Shown: positions 42,358 through 49,760 of the stretch, one piece after another | How positions within the stretch are numbered: the stretch's first letter is position 1 | How the letters are laid out: every line of letters starts with the position of its first letter | Source of the DNA: Thermomicrobiales bacterium | GTDB lineage: Bacteria; Chloroflexota; Chloroflexia; Thermomicrobiales; UBA6265 | Direction: 5' to 3' | Assembly (NCBI GenBank): GCA_049840815.1 | Contig: JASGJI010000017.1 | Coordinates: 344,133 to 408,132 of the forward strand | DNA length: 64,000 bases | Notes under the pieces: model-generated | What the model was told of the DNA's origin: nothing | What the model saw: the letters and a program-made list of their open reading frames with translations, nothing else | The model's database searches: none | Made by a program: the position numbers and the translations under genes

Positions 42358-43374
42358 TCAGGCATAGTAGGTGAGGAAGAGTTCCTCCAGCGGCGGACGT
42401 TCGGCGTCGAACATCTCCACGGGGTGGTCGCTTGCCAGCTTCACGATGGCGTCCATGCCGCCGTGCGCCTGGAACGTCAGGCGGCGCCCGTCGTCGTCCA
42501 CGGCGAACTTCTGGACGCCGGGTGCGTTCGCGAATGCCTGGATCGTCGCTGGGTTCAGCGGCTGGGCGAACTGGATGCGCACGTAGCGGAAGGCGCGTTC
42601 GGTGAGGGCCGAGGGCTGCTCGATCGCGGCAAGCTCGCCATCGCGGATGATGCCGACGCGGTCGGCGAGGCGTTCGACTTCGGAGAGGATGTGGGAGGAG
42701 AAGAAGATCGTGCCGCCCGCCGCGCGTGTTTCATCGAGGATGGTCAGGAACTCTTCCTGCACCAGGGGATCGAGGCCGCTCGTGGGTTCGTCGAGCGTGA
42801 TGACGTCAGGGTGATGGAAGAGCGCCTGGATGATGCCCATCTTCTGCTTGTTGCCGCGTGAGAGGCGGCGCATCGGGCGGGTGAGGTCGGCATCGAGGCG
42901 TTCGGCCAGCTGGCGGGCGTAGGGCAGGTGCTCTTGCGCGCCACGGAGGTCGGCGAAGAAGCGGAGCATCTGCTCCCCGGTCATGCGGTCCTCGAGACTG
43001 AACTCGCTGGGCAGGTTCCCGAGCCGGCGGTGGATGGCGACGGCATCGCGCTGGCTGTCCATGCCGAGGACCTCGGCGCGGCCGGAGGTGGGACGGAGGA
43101 AGCCGAGGATCGTGCGCAGGGTGGTCGACTTGCCCGCGCCGTTTGGCCCGAGGAAGCCGAAGATCTCGCCGCGCTCGATGCGCATGGTGACGTTGCGGAT
43201 GCCCCGGTTCTCGCCGTAGGTCTTGGTGAGGTCGAATGTCTCGATGGCGGGGGATGATGGCACCGGGGACTCCTGCACGATTGCTGGGCCGCCGGTCGTT
43301 GCGGAAGGCGGTTGCGGGAAGTCTACTGGTGCGGAGGGGATGTCGCCGTCACGACCAGCGCGAGAGTCCTCCAT
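42358..43374 (-). CDS. ABC transporter ATP-binding protein
   Basis: Walker A GPNGAGKST, signature LSRGNKQK, Walker B VITLDEPTSGLD. Start uncertain (43374 or 43416). Confidence 0.85.
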   Translation of the reverse strand: MEDSRAGRDGDIPSAPVDFPQPPSATTGGPAIVQESPVPSSPAIETFDLTKTYGENRGIRNVTMRIERGEIFGFLGPNGAGKSTTLRTILGFLRPTSGRAEVLGMDSQRDAVAIHRRLGNLPSEFSLEDRMTGEQMLRFFADLRGAQEHLPYARQLAERLDADLTRPMRRLSRGNKQKMGIIQALFHHPDVITLDEPTSGLDPLVQEEFLTILDETRAAGGTIFFSSHILSEVERLADRVGIIRDGELAAIEQPSALTERAFRYVRIQFAQPLNPATIQAFANAPGVQKFAVDDDGRRLTFQAHGGMDAIVKLASDHPVEMFDAERPPLEELFLTYYA

Positions 43375-44263
43375 CCCGCTGCGCTTTCCGGATGCCGGCC
43401 CGGAAGGCTGATGCACCCAATGCCAGCGAGCCGAGCGTCATGACCGCGACGATCAGGACATCGCTGGCGAGCGGCGAGAGTGTCCCGATCCGGGCCAATG
43501 GCGCTGGGTGATCGTGCAGCAGCAGGCGGCGGATCGCGTCGATCGTGTAGGTCTGCGGCAGGCAGCGGGCGACAGCATAGAGCGGACCTGGCAGCTCCGA
43601 TGGTGGGAAGTACGCCCCCGCGACCAGACCCTGCAGCACGCCGACCAGCCATGAGATGGGATCGTTGAATCCCTTCGCGTTGATCAGCATGAACATCGAC
43701 GCCGAGATCAGACCGATCCCGAGCACGGCGAGCGTTCCCAGAATCAGCACCCCGGCTGCCAGCAGCAGGTCACCCGCGCTGGCGGATAGCCGTGCCCCGA
43801 ACGCCGCCCCGATCCCCACCAGGAACATTGCGCTGATCGTCGCGTTCACGAGGATCCAGAGCACATCGCCGATCACATTCACGATCAGCGGGCAGGGTGA
43901 GAACATCAGCGATTCCAGCCGCATCGACCAGTAGGCGTCGGCGATAGAGTGATATGGCCCGGTGAGCGCCTGTTGCAGGAAGGTGTTGATGACGATGCCG
44001 ACCGCTAGGAATCCGGCGGTCGCGGCGGTCCAGGTCTCCCCGCCGATGGCGCGGCCCACGAAGAAGAAGACGCTCGCCTGCGCGAGCATCGTCAGGATGT
44101 CCATCACCGAGCTGACCCGGAATTGCAACCAGAGCTGTGCCTGCCGCCGCATCAGCACCGGGATGATGTTCGCCAGGTAGGGCCAGCCACGTACCGGCGG
44201 TGGGTCGAAGCGGCCTGCCTCGGGCGGGAACGGACGCTGGGATGAGGGTTGGAGGTCGATCAT
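43349..44263 (-). CDS. ABC-2 type transporter permease
   Basis: 304 aa of multi-TM protein. ATGA overlap with the upstream ATPase gene (44260-44263). Confidence 0.7.
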   Translation of the reverse strand: MIDLQPSSQRPFPPEAGRFDPPPVRGWPYLANIIPVLMRRQAQLWLQFRVSSVMDILTMLAQASVFFFVGRAIGGETWTAATAGFLAVGIVINTFLQQALTGPYHSIADAYWSMRLESLMFSPCPLIVNVIGDVLWILVNATISAMFLVGIGAAFGARLSASAGDLLLAAGVLILGTLAVLGIGLISASMFMLINAKGFNDPISWLVGVLQGLVAGAYFPPSELPGPLYAVARCLPQTYTIDAIRRLLLHDHPAPLARIGTLSPLASDVLIVAVMTLGSLALGASAFRAGIRKAQRDGGLSRWS

Positions 44264-45339
44264 GCGGCAAGCTCTTCCAGGATGGGTGCGTCCGGTTCGG
44301 GCATTCCCCGGGTCACGTCGAAGAAGACGTCCTCCAACGATGGGGCGATGGCATGAATGGCATTGGGTTCGAGTCCGATTCCACTCGCGATGGTGACGAG
44401 GTCGCGCTGGTCGTTGCCGTCGCCGAGGAGGATGCGCAGGGTCGTGCCGGTCTCGGTTGGGAACTCTTGCAGACGCAGGATCGCCGGGTGATCGCGCAGC
44501 CTCGGGATTGCGTCATCCTGCGCGGTCGTGATCCCGATCTCCGCGACGCGCTTTGCCCGTGCGGCGAGCAGCGCGGACGGGGTGTCGCAGGCGACGATGA
44601 GGCCGCGATGGACGATCGCGACCCGGTCGCAGAGGCGCTCGGCCTCGGTCATGTTGTGGGTGGTCATCAGGACGGTCTGGCCAAGCTCTCGGTTCAACTT
44701 CGTACGGATGAACTCCTGGATGTCGGCTGCGGAGATGGGATCGACATTCGCGGTCGGTTCGTCCAACACGAAGCAGGGCGTCAGCGAAAGCAGTCCCTTC
44801 GCGATGGCGAGGCGTTGCCGCATCCCGCTGGAGAACGCCATCGGGAGTGTCGCGCCCTGATCTTCAAGTCCGACTGCTAGCAGCGCTTCACGCGCTCGCA
44901 CCGTTGTCGTGGCGGCGTCGAGGCCAAAGAGCCGACCCCAGAACGCGAGGTTGCGATCCACGGAGATGTGCGAGTCGAATGAGAGCCAGCCGCCCGATGG
45001 CACGACCGAGAGCGACGCTCGCGCCTCGGCGGGTTGGCGCTGGACGTCGTATCCGGCGATGCGGATGGTGCCGGTCGTCGGGGCGAGGATGGTGGAGATG
45101 ATCTTGACGAGCGTCGACTTGCCGGCGCCGTTTGGCCCGAGCAGGCCGAAGAACTCCCCGGCTCGCACGTCGAACGAGACATCCTCCACCGCGACGGTGC
45201 GGCCCTTGCTCGCCCCGTGAAAGAGATTCTTCCGGCCGAGCAGGCTCAGCAGGTAGTCGACCCACATGTCCTGCGAATTGGAGTTGGCGTTGGGATTCGC
45301 GTACGTGAAGACCTTCGAGACGTGCTCGACCTCGATCAT
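44260..45339 (-). CDS. ABC transporter ATP-binding protein (DrrA-like, with extra C-terminal domain)
   Basis: Walker A GPNGAGKST, signature FSSGMRQR, Walker B FVLDEPTANVD. ATG follows GGAG. Confidence 0.85.
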   Translation of the reverse strand: MIEVEHVSKVFTYANPNANSNSQDMWVDYLLSLLGRKNLFHGASKGRTVAVEDVSFDVRAGEFFGLLGPNGAGKSTLVKIISTILAPTTGTIRIAGYDVQRQPAEARASLSVVPSGGWLSFDSHISVDRNLAFWGRLFGLDAATTTVRAREALLAVGLEDQGATLPMAFSSGMRQRLAIAKGLLSLTPCFVLDEPTANVDPISAADIQEFIRTKLNRELGQTVLMTTHNMTEAERLCDRVAIVHRGLIVACDTPSALLAARAKRVAEIGITTAQDDAIPRLRDHPAILRLQEFPTETGTTLRILLGDGNDQRDLVTIASGIGLEPNAIHAIAPSLEDVFFDVTRGMPEPDAPILEELAA

Positions 45340-45415
45340 GGAAAAGCTCCGGTTGTGGTGCGAGGGATCATCCGTAGCGGTTCAGCGTGTCTGAACCATC
45401 GGCCAGAGGCCGATA

Positions 45416-46633
45416 TCAGGGGTGTGTTGAAAGTGTCTGGTCGTCGATCAGGAGGAGCCGCGTCGCGTCCGGTGTGTACGCAAAGGTGATCGACGCCGTG
45501 CGCTGGACGGCGGAGAGCGTAACGAGGATCGCGCCCTGTCCCTCGACCGTTGTCTCCTGAATGGGCTCGGTGCGGATCTGTCCTTCATTGCGCCAGAATG
45601 CGTTCCCGCTCGGGTGGTTCATGGCGACGCTGCTCAGGTTGCCCTGCTGGTGCAGGTTGCCGCATCGCGGGCACCAGAACTCGATGTTCCGATCTGGATC
45701 AGTGGTTTGTACCCAGGGCGTTGGCCGGGTGAATACCGGGGTGGAACAGCGCGGGCAGCGGACCAGGTCATCACGGTGCATGATCGTCCAGAGTGTGCCA
45801 AACGTGCGGTCGAGCAGTTCCTGGGCCGACATCGATGGGGAAAGGCTGGCGGTGTTCCCGGGAATCCTGGTGTCAACGCATCGAGGCGGGCGGAACCAGC
45901 CCATCACATAGTGGGTGGCTTCTGCGCAGCAGACCGGGCAGTGCAGGTGGTAGCTAGATCCATCGCGCCAGACGGTCTTGATGAGTCTGGTCGATCCGCA
46001 GGTCGGGCACCAGAGGCGTGAAGGTGTTGTGATCGTCGGGGAAATCGCGGCAAGAGCGTCCGCGAAATCCGCCGGGAAGAGTTCGTCGATGGCCTTGCGG
46101 ACCGCGTTCCGCGCCCGTTGTAGACGCACACCGACATGCGCGGCGGTCTGGCCCTCTGCGAGCGCGATGTCTGCGATCGATTCCTCCTGCAGGTATCGCC
46201 GTACCAACAGGTCGCGCGCGGCCGGGGCGACCGTTTCCAGTGCCCGTCCGAGGGCGTTCCGAAGCTCGTCCTGCTCGCTGAACCAGACTGGGTCAAGGGC
46301 ATCGTTGGTGTCCGGCAGCGTGTCGGCAAGCGCCTCCGGATCGAGGGGGTCGAGCCGGGAGCCTCCAGCCGCACGTTGCCAGCGCAGGAGCACATTGCGG
46401 GCGATCGCCGCCAGCCAGGGCCGGGCGCCACGGTCCCCGATCGTGAACCGAGCCCGAATCCGCCACGCCTCGACCAGTGTCTCCTGCGTCAGGTCCTCCG
46501 CGAGCGATGCCTGGCCGCCGCAACGGGCCAGGAACCAGCGGACGAGCCAGTCGCGTTCGGCGGCGACGGTCTCGTTAAACCCCGCGTGGGACTCGATGAT
46601 TGGGTGTCGGTGGGGGTGGTTGATGGCGGCCAC
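45416..46633 (-). CDS. ECF-type RNA polymerase sigma factor with a ~220-aa Cys-rich C-terminal extension
   Basis: Sigma-2 region (DLTQETLVEAW...WLAAIARN) and sigma-4 region (RRYLQEESIADIALAEGQTAAHVGVRLQRARNAV). The C-terminal domain carries CPTC...CPVC and CPRC...CPRC. GTG start lies 9 nt after AGGAG. Confidence 0.75.
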   Translation of the reverse strand: MAAINHPHRHPIIESHAGFNETVAAERDWLVRWFLARCGGQASLAEDLTQETLVEAWRIRARFTIGDRGARPWLAAIARNVLLRWQRAAGGSRLDPLDPEALADTLPDTNDALDPVWFSEQDELRNALGRALETVAPAARDLLVRRYLQEESIADIALAEGQTAAHVGVRLQRARNAVRKAIDELFPADFADALAAISPTITTPSRLWCPTCGSTRLIKTVWRDGSSYHLHCPVCCAEATHYVMGWFRPPRCVDTRIPGNTASLSPSMSAQELLDRTFGTLWTIMHRDDLVRCPRCSTPVFTRPTPWVQTTDPDRNIEFWCPRCGNLHQQGNLSSVAMNHPSGNAFWRNEGQIRTEPIQETTVEGQGAILVTLSAVQRTASITFAYTPDATRLLLIDDQTLSTHP

Positions 46634-46718
46634 GGGCGGCGACTCCTGGTTGGCGAGCGATCCTTCCGTCCGCTCCTGTCCATCAATCGCGATTCATGGC
46701 CGGACCATAACAAGGAGT

Positions 46719-46858
46719 GAGGCGAGAGAAGTGAGAAGTGAGACGAAAAATGAAGTACGGAGATACGCTCCTGAGGGTCCACCTCGATGGGCGAATCCCG
46801 GGCCGCGGTCATGGCGGCCCTTCACCCTATCTCACTCACTTCTCACTTCTCTCGCCTC
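46719..46858. repeat. 24-bp perfect inverted repeat flanking a 92-nt spacer; copy 2 of the purine/pyrimidine-arm family
   Basis: gaggcgagagaagtgagaagtgag (46719-46742) is exactly complementary to ctcacttctcacttctctcgcctc (46835-46858). Confidence 0.7.
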
Positions 46859-46868
46859 TTACCTCACG

Positions 46869-49196
46869 CTAGAGGCGGCGCTGGAAGGCGCTCATCCGGC
46901 TCGGGACTGGGGGCGCTGTGTTGCTCTCCAGGTGATATGGCACGCTCGTGACCACCGTGCCGGGGCGGAAGAGCAGCGCCGCCTTGATGCGCAACGCCGA
47001 CTGATTGTGCAGCGCTTGCTCCCACCAGTGACGCGGGATGTATTCCGGCAGGACCACTGTCAGCACCGAGTTCGGCGACTGCTTCTGCAACTCGTCCAGA
47101 TAGGTCAGGAATGGACCGACCAAGGAGCGATAGGGCGATTCGATGATGATCAGGGGCACATCCGTGGTCATCTGCGACCACCCGGTGCGCATCCGCTCGA
47201 TCTCCTCCTCGTCGTCGGAGACGTGGACCGCCGTCACGTTATCGGAGATCGACCGTGCGTAGGCCAGCGTCTGCTGGGCGATCCGGTTCGCCGCGGCCAC
47301 CGGCACGACGACGACGTTGTGGATCTCCTCCGTCCGCGTCGGGGTCAGTTCCTGCAACTCCTTCGCGGCCTTCATGTAGTGCTTGTGGATCGAGCGGAGG
47401 CCGAACACCAGGCACGGGATCAGCACCACCACGATCCAGGCACCGTGGGAGAACTTCGTGATCCCCACCACCACGGCCACGATCGCGGTCGCGCCTGCGC
47501 CAACAGAGTTGATGACGATGCCCTGCTGCCAGCCCGCCTCCTTCCGCCGCTTCCAGCGCATCACCATGCCGAACTGGGAAAGCGTGAAGGAGGTGAAGAC
47601 GCCCAGCGCATAGAGCGGGATCAGGCGCTCGGTTTCGCCGCCGAAGATCGCCAGCACCGTTGCCGAAAGCACCCCGAGGGTGATGATGCCGGTCGTATAG
47701 GCCAGGCGATCGCCCCGGAAGGTGAACTGCGTCGGCAGGAACTTGTCACGCGCCATGAAATAGGAGAGGCGCGGGAAGTCGGAATAGGCCGTGTTTGCCG
47801 CCAGCACGAGGATCAGCATCGTGGCGAACTGGATGAAGTAGAAGGGCAGGTTGCGCCCGCCGAAGACCGCTTCCGCGATCTGCGCGACGACGGTCTGATA
47901 CCCAGCCTCCGTCTGCGCCATTGGCACCGCGCCGTATTGGTGCGCGAGGAAGGTGATGCCGGAGAACGTCACCGCCAAGATGCCGATCATCCACGTCAGT
48001 GTGGTGCGGGCGTTCACCCATTCCGGTTGCTTGAAGGCCGGGACGCCGTCGGAGATGGCTTCCACGCCGGTAAGCGCCGCGCATCCGGAGGAGAACGCGC
48101 GGAGGATGAGGAAGATGCCGACCGAGCTCGTGCCCACCAGGGCTTCCCGCGTCGGTTCGTGGACGGGGAAGCCATTCGCGGCGTTCCTGGCGAACCCGAT
48201 GGCGAGCATGATGCCGATGCTGACGAGGAAGACGTACGTCGGCACGGCGAAGATCGAGCCGGACTCGCGGATGCCGCGCAGGTTCAGCATCGTGATCAGG
48301 ATGATGAAGGCGATGCCGGTGATCACCAGGTGATCGTGGACCTCCGGGAAGGCGGAGACCATCGCGGCGACGGCACTGGAGATACTCACCGCCACCGTCA
48401 GCACGTAGTCGATCAGCAGGGCGGAGCCGGCCACGAGGGCGGGCATCTCGCCGAGGTTGTCCTTGGCGACGATGTACGATCCACCGCCGTGCGGATAGGC
48501 CTTGATCGTCTGCCGGTAGGAGAAGCCCACGATCAGCAGCAGGACGACGATTGCTCCACCGATCGGTAGGCTGAGCGACATCGCACCCAGCCCCGCCATC
48601 ACCAGGATGCGCAGGATCTCCTCCGAGGCGTAGGCCACGGACGAGAGGGCATCGGAGGAGAGGACCGCCAGCGCCTTCAATTTGGTCAGGCGCTCGTGGG
48701 CGGCGGAGGCGGTGGTCAGCGGCGCGCCGATCAGCACGCGCTTCACCCTGTTGAAGCGGCGCGAGAACTCGCTGCGACCGGCGGTGGTCTCTTCGCCGGC
48801 CACGAGGTATCCAGGCGCGACGCGCTGGAAGTCATCGCGGTTCTGGCGAATTACCTTGACGTAACGGTCGCCGGGGTGTGAGCCCTGCATCTTCAGCTTG
48901 CCGGAGAGATCCGGATTGATCTGCGGTCCCGGCTTGCGGGGCGGCTTGACCTTCGGCTTGCGGGGCATGCTCTCGCCGCCCAGTGGCCCATCGATGCCGG
49001 GAGTGGCGGTTCGCCCATCGGGAGAGTCCACCGTCGGCGGCATGGCCGCGCGGGCGGGCTGCCCGGTATCGGGTGATGCGGCCTGGCCGGGATCAACCCT
49101 CGATGGAGGATCGCTCTCGGGGGCTGATTCCCTGGGGGTGGAGGATCGCTCAACGCGGTCCGGAACGGGTGATTCCGTATCTTCATGTGCCGACAT
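46869..49196 (-). CDS. APC family permease with a large cytoplasmic C-terminal domain
   Basis: LAVLSSDALSSVAYASEEIL...YPHGGGSYIVAKDNLG is typical of APC-superfamily permeases. About 12 TM segments, then a ~200-aa soluble tail. Internal ATG at 49196 chosen. Confidence 0.75.
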   Translation of the reverse strand: MSAHEDTESPVPDRVERSSTPRESAPESDPPSRVDPGQAASPDTGQPARAAMPPTVDSPDGRTATPGIDGPLGGESMPRKPKVKPPRKPGPQINPDLSGKLKMQGSHPGDRYVKVIRQNRDDFQRVAPGYLVAGEETTAGRSEFSRRFNRVKRVLIGAPLTTASAAHERLTKLKALAVLSSDALSSVAYASEEILRILVMAGLGAMSLSLPIGGAIVVLLLIVGFSYRQTIKAYPHGGGSYIVAKDNLGEMPALVAGSALLIDYVLTVAVSISSAVAAMVSAFPEVHDHLVITGIAFIILITMLNLRGIRESGSIFAVPTYVFLVSIGIMLAIGFARNAANGFPVHEPTREALVGTSSVGIFLILRAFSSGCAALTGVEAISDGVPAFKQPEWVNARTTLTWMIGILAVTFSGITFLAHQYGAVPMAQTEAGYQTVVAQIAEAVFGGRNLPFYFIQFATMLILVLAANTAYSDFPRLSYFMARDKFLPTQFTFRGDRLAYTTGIITLGVLSATVLAIFGGETERLIPLYALGVFTSFTLSQFGMVMRWKRRKEAGWQQGIVINSVGAGATAIVAVVVGITKFSHGAWIVVVLIPCLVFGLRSIHKHYMKAAKELQELTPTRTEEIHNVVVVPVAAANRIAQQTLAYARSISDNVTAVHVSDDEEEIERMRTGWSQMTTDVPLIIIESPYRSLVGPFLTYLDELQKQSPNSVLTVVLPEYIPRHWWEQALHNQSALRIKAALLFRPGTVVTSVPYHLESNTAPPVPSRMSAFQRRL

Positions 49197-49760
49197 GGCG
49201 CCTGCGTGCTCCCCGGAGCGGGGGAGGGTGGCGAGCGACGCTGGCAGACAGCAGGGCGATGGATGAACGCATCCGGCAGCCCCACCTGCTGGCGTCTTCG
49301 CGAATCCGGTCCGTTCGCTCCGAATACCCTGTGAAAACGCTGGTCCTGTCGCCGTGGATGGCGCCGCCGCGTGTCGAGCGGTGCGGCATGAATGCCACAA
49401 CACCGTCGGCGCCGCGAATAGTACGTCCTTGCGCGAACGTATACAAGGTCGGCGTTCACTGCGCCTCCGCTCACGCACATCTCCTGCCTCCGTTCGCCAT
49501 GCCTCGAAACGCTGTCGCCCGACGGTGCGTTTATGCTGTCATCAGGAATGGGGCGCGTCCCGCCGTCCCATTTGATGGAGGCGAATGACCGGGAAGCCGG
49601 TTCGCCAGGAGGCCATTGGGATTGACGCCATGCTGCTTCGCCGACTGGATGGTCGCGCGGGGCCTTGGCCAGTCGGCTCGTCATCGACATCCGGGCAGCA
49701 TGCTGTTCCCCTGACATTCGGGCCGGCCACCAATCAGAGGAGGAGCAGGTGAAGGAGCGC

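Noticed and set aside
45978-48569. 863-aa plus-strand ORF
   Set aside because: It is antisense to the ECF sigma and APC permease genes. It has no motifs and an Arg/Asp/His-rich composition.
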